DNA of 33,213 nt, taken from Conidiobolus incongruus B7586 (taxonomy: Eukaryota). Numbering within the stretch: position 1 is the stretch's first letter; every line of letters starts with the position of its first letter. Below the pieces are notes generated by a model. The model saw only the letters and a list, made by a program, of their open reading frames with translations. It had not been told where the DNA came from and ran no database searches. The stretch is from contig JNEM01013741.1 of assembly GCA_000697335.1 (NCBI GenBank), positions 1-33,213 of the forward strand. Direction: 5' to 3'. Positions 13,084 through 25,323 of this stretch are shown piece by piece. A program made the position numbers and the translations under genes.

Positions 13084-14355
13084 TATTAGTATAAAAATTA
13101 AAATATGGCAAATTTTTTAATTTCTGATTTTTCTAATATATTATATATTTTGAACAATTTTTTAATTATAAAATATATAAGAAAATAAATATTTTCAAAC
13201 TATATATATATATATTTAATTTTAATTATTTTCTTTATTAAAATATTTTATATTTATAATTTATATTTAAATTTAATCATACTTAAACTAGATAATGATT
13301 ATCAAAAGGTTTTTATTTTTGTATTTTCAAAACTTAATTATAAACCCTTTAAAATCATCTAAAACTTATAAATAACTTATAAAGATAGTATTTTATTTAA
13401 AACTACCATATATTATTAAATTTATAATTTTAAAGCTAGAAGGGATATTATTTAAAATTTGTTAAAATCTAAAAAATTAATTTTTACTATTATTTTTTTA
13501 CTTATTAATAAAGTAAAAAAATATATAAAAATACTTTTTTATATTTCTTAAAAAATTATTAAAATAATTTAATATTAATTATATAAGCATATTATATATA
13601 CATAAGTTTAAACTTAATAAAAATATAAAATAAATACTTTATAATTTAATAAAAGCTTAAAAGAAAATTAAAACAGTTATAGTTAAATTAAATTTATTAA
13701 GATATAATAAAAACAAAGATTTTTATAATAAATACTTATAATTAATGAATTTTAAATTCCTTTATATAATCTTTTATTTAAAAATAAAACAATATATTAA
13801 GTTAAATTAATCCCCTTCATAAATTTTAATAAATAAATACTTTAAATATAAGTGAGTATTAATTATTGAAATAAATTATAGTAGTATATGGTTTTTTTAT
13901 TTAATACCTTAAGGAAAATCAATTAATAATAAATTATATATTACTTTTTTAAATAAAATAATTTTTAAATAGTATTCTTAATATAAATTAAAAATACTTA
14001 TTATTTTACATAATAATTATAAAATACATAAAGTTATAAAAGATTTTTTATATAAAAAAACTAGAGAGAGTTATTATATCTAGTATATTCACTTGATTAT
14101 AACCTATATGATTATAATTATTTTAAACAATTAAAAAAATAGCTTATAAGAAAAAAAATTCCTATAAACAAATTAAATTGTATAAAACATCAAATTTTAG
14201 TCTAATAAAAAAACTATTTTTTAAGTATTAAAAGCTTACTAAAAGTATAAAGAGTTATTAATAATAAAAGAAGCTATGAATTTTATATTATATATTAATT
14301 TATTTGTTTAATTTTAATTTCAAAATTGTGCCATTACTTAATTTCTATATTAATA
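13084..14355 (+). mobile_element. Full-length fossil mariner DNA transposon (1,272 bp; decayed DD34D-like transposase)
   Basis: 36 nt TIRs at 13084-13119 and 14320-14355 (28/36 match), TA at both ends. Decayed motifs in the correct order: *ILYNL at 13631 (WVPHEL), ILIINEF*I at 13732 (IVTGDExW), IP*GKSINNKLY near 13905 (PxGxTIN), IILHNN near 14000 (HDNA), YLVYSLDYNLYD at 14077-14112 (HPxYSPDxxPxD), SIKSLLK.*..VINN near 14225 (GIxxLPxRW). Confidence 0.88.
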
Positions 14356-14932
14356 GTAAAAAAGGAGCTATGTTTATTAATATAAATCAAGAGTATTTAT
14401 ATAAAATTTCATAAAAATTAGATATAGGTATAAATTTTCATATTAAAATACATGGTTGATTGAATATTAAAAAATAAAATGAAATTTTATATAACAAATT
14501 TGAGGATTATTCTATAACAAATAGTATATAATTATATTATTGAAAAATAAAGGTATTAAATATTATAGTGATATTGCTTTTATTATAGCTTTCTATGTTT
14601 TATAAAAGTATAAAAACAAAAATATTATACTTTTTGAATCACTGTATAAATTAACAATTGATAAAGAGGGAATTGAATTGTAAAATATATTGGTATTTTG
14701 ATATTAGATGTTTAATATTATTTTTGAAAAAATCACTAATAATTTCATTAAACAAAAAAAATAATAAATATTGATTGATTTAATTAAATGAAAATTATAT
14801 TAATACCAAGCCAATTACCAAAAAAAAAATTAAAAAATTCATAGTTTATAATTTGGTTGATGGAATAGATTATTCTTCCCTCACAAATTTGAAAAAAATT
14901 TTAATATTATAAAATTATTAGAATCAATTAAA

Positions 14933-17359
14933 TTATTGTTCATTGTTAATAATAAAATTATGTTCTAATAGCTCGTCTGCACTGGGACGATCCTCAAAAT
15001 TACTAAATCAAATATATTAATCATTCGAATAATACTAAAAAATATTAGTGACTTACATTAGGAAAGTTTTCTTTAAGAAATCGCTACAATCTTCACTCGC
15101 ATTGGACGGAATTTCGGGCGATACAAAAGACCCTATTTTGAAGATCGCTTGCATTTGGTTGAATTGGGGAAATGGATGTTCCCCTGTCATCATTTCCACT
15201 ATCAAACAGCCCAAGCCCCTATACAATATAATCAATAACAAATTCAAGTGAGATTATTTAGAAATTTACCATATGTCAGCCTTGGGTGTATATCTCGTAT
15301 TTTTCACCACTTCCGGCGCCATCCAATACACTGACCCTTGTAGACTTGCACGATGGTCAGTCACCACAGAGAGCACACCCTCTTGGACTTTTTTGGAGAT
15401 GCCAAAGTCTGTGATCTTGACTTGACCCTTATTGTCCAAGAGAATATTGCCACCCTTGATGTCCCTGTGGATAATGCCCTTTTTGTGCAGGTAGCTCAGA
15501 CCTAGCAGGATTTGGCGTACGAAGGATCGTACCATGGGCTCTTCAAAAGGACCATACTCAGACAGGAGACCTACCACGGATCCTCCGGGAATGTATTCCA
15601 GTAGAATGTTGAGATGGGTGTCGTCGATTTGGGAACCCAGATAGCTCACAATATGCGGATGATTTAAAGTTTTGAGAAGATCAATTTCTCTTTGAAGCGC
15701 TGTCAGCATAGCTTTCTGTCTCGTTGCTTTGCTGTTATTGGGCGTTGGGAGTTCCACTTGCTTCACAGCCATCAATTCACCAGTTCGAGGGTTGAGACCG
15801 AGATATACGTTTCCGAACGATCCAGCACCTATCAACGTGCCTTTAATGAACTTCATCTTGGGTTCACTCGTTTCTTCTTCCGCTTTGGCAACCTGTTGCG
15901 AATCGGATTCCGAAGTTTTCGTGGATTCTGAAGGTACGAATTGTTCTTTTGTGTCGGTTTGGCTAGGCGTTTCTTCAGAAGACGACTGCTTTGGCGATCC
16001 TTGCTCCGATTTTGGCGAATTGGAACTAGTTTCTGAAGGCGGTATCAGGGGTGATTTGGGCTTAACGTTCGTACTATCCTCAGTAACCATTGAATTGATA
16101 TCTTGCAGAGTCTGATCCTTAGGTTTTTCTTCTGGAAGGATTTCAGCAGCCAATTTCGAAGGGCTCTTAGTCTGAGGTTTATGACTATCAGGAAAGTAGG
16201 GCTTCAAATTAGATTCCATGTTGTTCAAGTTACTCACTTCCTGCAACTCTTCGTTAGGGTGATCCGGGAAATATCTCGACAAATTCATCGAAATCAATTC
16301 CGAAGGCGGTCTTTTCCCGAAGATTTTAGTCAATTTCACGCGTTGTGCAACTGCTGGATTTAATAAACTAAATTCCATACGCTCCAAATGCTTTCGATTC
16401 CTAAGTTTTTTAAACTCTTCGTGACTCATAGGTTGATGCTTCTTTCTCAATATAAATTTCTCTTTTTCTGGTCTGTCAATACTCTGACAAATTTCTACTA
16501 GTTCTTTATCACTTAGACTTCGAGTCGATTCCCCCGATACTACAAAAATCGCATACTTTTCGGGATTTTCGTTAATGTTGAATTTATGAAGTACTTTTTT
16601 AAGGATGGATTTGGCGTCGGTAGTATTGTGGACATCTACAATTCGAGTTTGACCGTCGTCACCGTAGACTCTTACGCAATTCTTTTTCACGTTTTCCATG
16701 GACATGATGGTGGTCTGTTCGCCTACGACCATTGAGATCATTGAACTACCACTCGTTGAACTCGTGAGAGAATTGGCAGTGGCGGGGGTATTGGGAGTAT
16801 TTGGGGAATCTGGCTGATATGGTATACCGTTGGGACTAATTGGGGGAGAGTACGCATATTCCGGTAGGAACCCCGCTCGTTTCATATCGAATCCATTTCG
16901 ATCTCCCTTGGAACTGTGGTGCGAATGTGAAGTCTGGTTACTGGACAAATTTTCGGCACTCGGCGACTGCATCAGGGTTTTGGACCTTCTTATTAATGCG
17001 TTAAAAGTACCAATTGGCGAATGTTTGGACGTCGATAAATTTTCCTGCGGCTTCTCTTGAGGGGGAACAATATATTCCTTATAATAATCCTTCTTGGGCC
17101 TACCAGGATGCGATCTCTTCAGCTCCTTAATAGCTGTCAATAATCTGACCCTATCGCCCACTGTTGGGATCCCCATCTGTTTTAGCAAATTGTAGTCCAA
17201 CTCCATCAATAATTCACCATTAATATCGTTCTCTTCGAAGTATTTTTCGAATTGGTCCAAATGTTTCTGCTGTAACCAATCCGCTACATTTTTTTCCGTC
17301 CACCTAAAAGCTGGATGATTTTGATAGATTGGAGAAATTATTGGATAGTTACCATCCAT
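14933..17359 (-). CDS. STE11: MAP kinase kinase kinase Ste11/Byr2 (SAM, Ras-association and kinase domains)
   Basis: Exons 17359-15270, 15218-15057, 15002-14933 (introns 51 and 54 nt). SAM domain [32 protein letters not shown] region with [19 protein letters not shown] motif; kinase [45 protein letters not shown]. Confidence 0.95.
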
Positions 17360-17686
17360 ATTTTAATTGGTTTAAATGTTTATCAAATGTATTTCCAATA
17401 ATTGGATTTAATGAATGAATTAAAAAAATACAATAGTAGTATATTATATAAATAATACTTTGAATAAGGTTTCAGTTGAACACCTATACTAATAAAATTT
17501 TAATTTAATTGAATCATAATTTTTTAGTGAATTAGATTTGGGATTTTTGATTATTTATAGTAATTTTATGTAATATGGGATTGTTTGATCAAATTGATTA
17601 AAAACTGTCACTTTTTTCTATTCAATTTAAATTTATTCTGAATTTTATATATATTTAAATTTTATCAATATTAATTTTATTAATTT

Positions 17687-18447
17687 TTAAAGGGTATTAA
17701 ATCGTCTCAACTCCAATTTTTTAGCCAAACCTTGGGTTTTTACAGGATCCTTCTCCATCAAACTCAAAGCATTTTTAAACTCCTCACTTAAATCAACTTT
17801 CTTTTGTTTTTGATGATCGTAACTCACACAGGTAGCAATGCATTGACCAATTGGTACACCACCAAGTTTCCTAGATATCAATACAGTATTATAACTTAAG
17901 CGATCTGAGCTAATATCAATCACCCTTGTAGCTATATCAAGCTAATTTACAATTAATAAGTTATTATAGAATTATTAAGTTTATGTACATACATGATCTG
18001 GAAAATTCACCACTTCATAAAATTCTGCCATTTGAGATTTTAGGATAAGTCCAGGGGCTTTTCCTGATTCCATAGCTTCAAATAATGAGGGATTCATGTA
18101 GATAGGTAAGAGTCGGCGATAATCATTTCTACCTATATTATTTAGTATTGAATTATAAAGGTATTGATATTAATATGATTTACCAGATTCGAACATTCTA
18201 TAAAGATTAATATGATTGACAAATTGACTACTATCCTAAATTAACATCAGCATAGAAGCGTAGTAATTATTGAGCTAATTACTTGATGTCCCCAATGTAC
18301 TGGTAAACTAAATAGAGATGGAAAATCCTCTTTGGAAACATTGGTTAATTTGGGGAATTTGGAATTGATAGCGTCGTAATTAAATAATCTTATTGGATAT
18401 TTAATAGTTTTATTGATTTTGAATTGATGATTTAACAATTTAATCAT
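17687..18447 (-). CDS. Hotdog-fold acyl-CoA thioesterase (4HBT/YbgC-like), possible mitochondrial presequence
   Basis: Exons 18447-18283, 18235-18184, 18132-17993, 17941-17687. Spliced protein contains PVHWGHQDSSQFVNHINLYRMFESGR, GLILKSQMAEFYEVVNFPD and CVSYDHQKQKKVDLSEE. Basic, acid-poor N-terminus. Confidence 0.85.
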
Positions 18448-19005
18448 TTTTATTGTTACTATTAATCAAGATTGAATTTATTGAGAGTGATTTGTGACCT
18501 TGGTAAAATTAATTTAATCCAAATGAAGGTGGAATGGAAATATGGGATATTTGAGTTTATATTAATTTTACAATCATTCAAAAAAATGATTATCAAGTTA
18601 ATATAATTCAAATTGAACATATTCAGTATTAAACAAATTGAAATTCCAATATTTTTAAATTTTTCAAGTGTAATTTTTGTGAAAAATTTGATAATATATC
18701 AGTAACAGTAGGTATATTAAACTAGTTAAGATTTTTATTATTGTTAATATTGTAGCGGTTTAAAATCTTTAAACATTCTAAATCTTTAAAAAAGGTTTAT
18801 AAATCGGTGATTTATTAGAATTCAAAATATCAAATCTATGTTATTATTATATCAAAACATCCATTATTCTTCTAATTCATCATTGAGCAAAATTAGATCA
18901 ATAATAATGTTTTAGCCTAAATATCTTAAATTAATTTATTATTTTTTAATAAAAATTTAAAAAATGTTGTAGCGTTAATAAAAAGGGGATCCGAATACTA
19001 GGGAA

Positions 19006-20895
19006 TTAGGAGCTGTGCTTACTGTTGTAGAGGCCGATAGTTTCGAGGGAGGGAGAAACTATGCGGGATTTAGCGACGTCGCTTCGATTTTGGTCCAAAT
19101 GGGCGAGGTAAGCTTCGTCGACGCCTCCCGTGATGTAGTTACCGTCGAAGACTGAGGTATCGAATTTAGTAATACTAGGGTTGAACTTTCTGCAAGATTC
19201 GATTAAGGCGTCCAATTTCTAGATTATATGTTAGTTTGATCTATATATATAATGAATTCAAATTTACCTGGTAGATGACGGCATCAGCACCAATTTCTTT
19301 GGCAACTTCGTCGTCGGTACGGTTGAAAGCAACCAATTCTTTAGAGGTGGGCATATCGATACCATAGACGTTAGGGTATCTTAAAGGAGGGGCGGCACTG
19401 GCAAAATAGACTTTATTGGCACCGGATTCGCGAGCCATTTGAACGATTTCGGTGGAGGTAGTACCGCGGACGATACTGTCATCGACCAATAAGACGTTCT
19501 TACCGCTAAATTCCATAGCCATTGGATTGAGCTTGCGTCTGACCGATTTCTTTCTAGCTTCTTGACCGGGCATAATGAAAGTTCTGCCAATGTAACGGTT
19601 CTTGACGAAACCTTCTCTGAAGTGAATGTTCAATTTGAAGGCAACTTGTAAAGCGCAAACTCTACTTGTTTCTGGAACAGGGATAACGACATCAATATCA
19701 TGATTGCCGTTGAAAAATTCGAGAATTCTTTCTGCCAAAGCTTCTCCCATAGCTAAACGGGAGTTGTATACGGAAATACCGTCGATGATGGAATCAGGAC
19801 GGGCGAAGTATACATATTCAAAAAGACAAGGAGTAAAAGGACCTCCATGGACTAATTGTCTAGAATAGAGTTGATCTTCGGTAACAATAATAGCTTGACC
19901 GGGTAAGATATCGGTAATGTTGGAAAAACCAATGGTTTCCAAAGCGACACTTTCGGAAGCGAAAGCGTGGTCAATACCTCCGTTAGCAGTCACTCTGGTA
20001 CCATGAACCAAGGGACGAATACCGTTAGGATCCCTGAAAGCAAAGATACCATAGCCAGCGACCATACCAAGGCAAGCATAGCCACCCTTACAAATATCCA
20101 TGACATTCTTAACAGAGTTGAAAAAATCTTCATGATTAATTCTATTGTGTAACCCATGATTAATTGAAATGGACACATTTCATAAATATAATAAATCTAA
20201 TTTACCTAAATTTGCCAGTTTGTTGCAAGGAGTCAGCTAAGATGTTTAAAAGGAGCTCAGAATCGGAATCAGTGTTAATATGACGATGAGCATCGTGATC
20301 CAAGTGATTTTGCAACTCTGCAGAATTGACCAGGTTACCATTCTAAAGAATTCAAAGTTAATACCGGTACTTTACAATCGTTCTTAATAAAGCAGTGGAG
20401 CTTGATTATGCTCCATGTGAATTTCACCATGAAGCTTTATCCGGGACTGCATAGTATGTTTGTATTACTTACATGGGCCAAAACTAAACCATAAGGACTG
20501 TTGACATAGAAGGGTTGGGCTTCTGAGTCAGAAGAAGTACCAGCAGTAGGATAACGAACTTGAAATATCTAGTTAAATATTGAAAAAAAATATTTTGTGA
20601 ATCAGTATATTTACCATGACCAACACCATAGTTGCCAACTAAATTCATAATATCCTTCTGTTCAAAAACATCATTGACCATACCATTACCTTTTCTTTGG
20701 TATAAACGACCCTTTCTACCACAAGTGATAATACCAGCAGCATCCTAGTATCATAGAATCAACCATAAAGTTAATAATATACAACTAAACAGTAGCTACC
20801 TGACCACGATGCTGTAAAAAACTGAGGGATTCGCACAGATCGGGCGAAACGTGATACTCTTTATTAGGGGAAAAAATAGCGGTAATACCACACAT
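19006..20895 (-). CDS. ADE4: Amidophosphoribosyltransferase (PurF), first committed step of purine biosynthesis
   Basis: Exons 20895-20800 (MCGI..QHRGQ), 20744-20615, 20558-20473 (VRYPTAG..AH), 20342-20206 (NGNLVN), 20141-19268, 19218-19006. Motifs [51 protein letters not shown]. Confidence 0.98.
20343..20472 (-). other. Atypically long (130 nt), structured intron 3 of ADE4; candidate cis-regulatory RNA
   Basis: GTAAGT..TTTAG splits the conserved AH|NGN motif. The other ADE4 introns are 49-64 nt. It contains nested inverted repeats ATAAAGC/GCTTTAT, TGGAGC/GCTCCA and GTGA/TCAC, plus a competing helix GCTTCATG/CATGGAGC. Confidence 0.6.
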
Positions 20896-23323
20896 TATAA
20901 TTTAATAAATATATTGCAAAAATATTTTTCTTTATTAAAATGAAGAGTCTAGTCAAATAAAACTAGTGTAGGAGGGGAGAGTGAATTCTTAACGAATTAC
21001 AATCTATGGACAATTGGCATGATCATTATATACCTTCACTTCCATTAATTGACCAATTGTGGGTACATTAATTGGACCAATCACTTAAGTATTCCAAGGT
21101 TACAGGAATACAAACTTCGCTGAAGGTCATTGGATCAAAAAATAAATTTAAGGTGAGAAATTTTATTAACCTCAAGTGATTTCAACTTGGTTGAGTTGTA
21201 TAAACATAATTGTGTTTTCAATAATCTGGGTATTACAGAGTGGTTATTCTGTGATATAGTTGTTATTTTTACTCATTAATTCATTTCTCGATCGAGTTTT
21301 TTACCTGTAAAAATAAGTCTTTACCTTTTTTGATATTTGGGACTTTTATGACTGGGTCAATTTGGTACAACATAATTAAGATTGGCTTCAGGTTAATCAG
21401 CAGATTTTTTGTGGAAAAATAATTTATAACATTATGTAATAATATTGAATATTAAGCTAAAGAGAATATATAATAGAAATTTGAAATATTCTATATACAT
21501 TAATTAAAAACTACAACTTGAATTCATATAACTTTAATTAATTAAATATTTAGCCGGTTTATTTTACTATATTTGAAAACTGAAAATATGAAAATGACAA
21601 AATGAGAGAAAAAATAATTTTTAAATAAAGGAGGTTCTGATTTTCTTAAACACAGGTTATTCGTCATAATTATTAAAACTTTGATTCAAACTGTGTTTCT
21701 TATTATTTCAATTTAGTTATATCTCCAAATATATTTAATATTATGTCTTGATATTTATATTATGTCCATAATTTAAAGCATAATTTTAAATATTGATGAG
21801 ATATGTTCATTATACAGTTTGTATTATACTATGAGATATTTTTCAACCTCAACTGATTGGTTCATTAATTACTATATCTAGTAAAATCCCTAATTGGCCA
21901 CATATTTTCCAGGATAACGAAGATTAACTTTAATACTTTCATTTTATTATTTTATATTATCAAGTGATTAATAATCAATGATACAATATTAAATTGAAAT
22001 AATTATATTAAATTATTGAAAATTTAAAAAAATTGAACCTATCCTTGAAAATATTTTTTTAATAAAATTAACTAATCATTCTTTAATCATAATTACGATA
22101 TTTATTAATATAATTATTAGTTAAAATAATATATTTGAATACACTATATATCATTTTATTATTTTGTAATATTTGGAACCTGATTCTGACCAAAATATAG
22201 AATATAATACATATATATCATGTTTAAATCGTTTTTGCCAGATTGAATTATATAATATATCCTATTAAATTATGAAATCAAATTATATAATATATATTGA
22301 ATATTTATTCAAAATTATTAAATATGAAATAGATTGCTATTGTTATTTAATATTTATGAAAATTATTTTTCAAGCTATTATCTTAACAGAGTTAATATTG
22401 ATTGCGCATCGACTTAGAGACTGAAAAATTTAGACAAATCAAATCACATTCTTGAAATTCAACAAACATATAATGAAAGAAAATCTCAAATTTCTTACTA
22501 TATTTTATATTATAATACTCTTAAATGATATATATTCATATTTTGATTAATGACCCAGATTTCTTAGTTGTGCAAATTGATTTTGATACATTATTCTATT
22601 TTGATAACTTTAGTTTTTTATTTTCTTTTTAATTATTTAAATGGTTATTATTATTAATCAACATTTAATTCATAAATTATAGAACTATTACAATCAATTG
22701 TTGCTTGAACTTGATAATATTTGTTACCTTGAATTATTATAATCTTTCAATAAATCTGATTAACACTTGGTCGGAATTTAAGTATTTCACTGCACTACAA
22801 CTTATTCTCTTTTTATATTACTCTTCTATTTACTTAAAATATCTAACTTTTATCATCAATTTAAAAAATGCTGGTTTAAAATATGATGCTTCATTATATT
22901 TTTTCAGTATAAAAATATAAAAATTCGTAAGCATAATTTGATAAATGTAATAATCACAATTTATTCTTATTTATCAATTTACTAATAATCACTATAGTAA
23001 ATTTTATATTCAAATTTCATAATACATCCAAATCTCTAGATATTTTGGATTAAATGTTAAGAGATTATAAATATTAAATGATAAAAATATATTAAATATT
23101 CTCTTACTGTTGCATGAACTTTGAAATTAACTAATCATATTTGATTAGAACATAAAAAATATGGTCTTTTTGCATATAATAAATGCAAAATAACTATAAA
23201 GCCAAAAAGTGATTTGAAAATTATATTCGCTTCAATTTCAAAACAAATCAATAATGTATATATCAAAATTTCATTTATAAAGTAATACTATAGTAAAATT
23301 AATCTAATGGAAATAGTATCAAA

Positions 23324-25286
23324 ATGGATGACAATGTCCTTAATCAGATATTTAAAAATATTCTGTTTAATGATCAGAAATTAAGCAATACATTGGTAAT
23401 ACTGCAAATTTTACTACTGGATATCATTGATAAAAAAATTAGATTAATGAAATCAACAATCTTAAAGAGGAGTTGAAAGAAAGTTCTAGACAGTTGAATT
23501 CATCTCAACAAAAATTGAACAAATTTCATCCTGACAATAAACACAAAATCAAATCAGTTGACAACTTGTAAGAGAAGTAATTATTTAAATATCAAAATTA
23601 ATATTTGATTTTAGGTTAGAAATATTAAAGTCACTTATAGTAATTTATTTTTCAAGTTATAATGTTAATCTAATAATATCAGGCTATAACTCCAATAGAT
23701 AAAAATTCGTGTCAAATAATGAAATTATTAAAAGCTATCAAGCACCAATGTAAAATAAACTGTTTCTTATTCTAAATTTTTATATATATTAATATTATAA
23801 AAATAGCCTTTCAATATTGCCAATCAAGAGGTATATGTAAATTTTTCATTCAGACATTAGTTTCAGACGTTTTATTCAATTAGCTTTATTAATTATTTTA
23901 TTAGGTAGAAAACTCAAGAATAATATAGACAACATGCCAACATTATTTGAAAAAATTGAAAAATTGTCATATTTTACAAAATCAATCAACATTAAGACTA
24001 AAAATATAAATAACAAAATGAATGAATTAAATTATTTTGAAATTAACCTAGAAGTAAAATGATATATAATGTTTAACGTAGTTAGATAAAAATACAATCA
24101 GTGTTGTTTAGGATAAAGTCAATAATATTTTGCTCCAATATCAAGAAAATATAGGGATTGAAGATATAACATCTCATATTGAACATGAGCAAAATCTCTT
24201 AAATATTTACTATACCAAATTTGAATGCGTTCTAAGCGAAATTAAATTATTGTTGAGGCAATTTGATAGAGTGAATGATGACCAATCATTCTTGGACTTT
24301 AACAAATTATTGTGTGAATATCTTAATGTATTTGAAAAAATTGAAAACAAATTATGTATTATCAATGCCGATCAATCATGGTACAAAATTTTTCCACTAA
24401 ATATTATTATGAAGAATTATTAATCAAATAGGGATTGGAGTCAAGAATCAAAGAAATTTCAAAATCAGTTAAATTACGTGTAAATTAATAATATTATTTT
24501 GGTAATTAGTTGTAACACTATTTAAAGAAATAGAATTTTAGCCATTATCCATAATATGACACTAAATATGAAGTAATTTGAAAAATAAAATTTTAAGGAA
24601 CGATTGATATATATATATATATATAATTTAGAGAAATTGAATTTACCTCTCCTATAACATACAAAACTAACGAACATACGATGCTAGATACCGAGTAAGT
24701 TATTAGTTTAACTAATATCTTTAACTAATATAATTAAAGTATAAATTCTTTTAATACTGAAATCTCTGAAAAAATGGTAATTAAACTAATTATTTTTCAC
24801 ATCATATATTCATTTAATATAGAAATACTCATTAAATTCATTATCTCAAATCGTTCGTTATTTCGGTTATCAATATGATGTTTACCAGGTAATAGCTAAA
24901 TCTTTATTTTGTAATAAATAATAAATGTGTTTAGATAAAAGATTGGGAGCATCTCATTCAGTTTTTACGCCAAATATTTGACATATTCGATCATCAAATT
25001 AATTTATACTATAATGAAATGGAAAATGAAAAGAAAGGAATTGTGAATTTTGTAAATTAAATTATCAAAGTTTATAAAATGATGCTAACAAAAATAGATT
25101 GATGAGAATTTTAAGAAAAATAAAAAAGCAATTAAAAATTATATAACGAAGGACATAAACAAATTGGAGGTATATGAAATATATATATATTTATATATAT
25201 TTGATTTGAGCAAAAACTCAATAACTTAGATGTTTTACACTTCTAAATTGGAGGATTTGAGACAGCAAATAAAGCATTATCAATAA
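23324..25286 (+). CDS. Multi-exon helical/coiled-coil protein of unknown function
   Basis: Manual splicing gives MDDNVLNQIFKNILFNDQKLSNTL (23324-23395)|INEINNLKEELKESSRQL..|..|DKVNNILLQYQENIGIEDI (includes ORF 24130-24423)..|IKDWEHLIQFLRQIFD..|MFYTSKLEDLRQQIKHYQ*, with phase-compatible ~45-70 nt introns. The 3' end and some small exons are uncertain. Confidence 0.7.
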
Positions 25287-25323
25287 TATATCAGGTAATC
25301 CATTGTTGGAACTCAAATGATAA

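Noticed and set aside
15048..17060. Plus-strand ORFs (67, 79, 128, 86 and 76 aa) overlapping STE11
   Set aside because: Antisense shadows of a GC-richer coding exon; no recognisable motifs.
20343..20472. ADE4 intron as a TPP riboswitch, C/D snoRNA or hammerhead ribozyme
   Set aside because: No UGAGA (TPP), no RUGAUGA/CUGA boxes and no CUGANGA core on the transcribed strand. An H/ACA RNA is not evident but needs a covariance search to exclude.
19381..20681. Short alternative-frame, antisense or intron-spanning ORFs within ADE4
   Set aside because: Explained by the ADE4 exon/intron structure.
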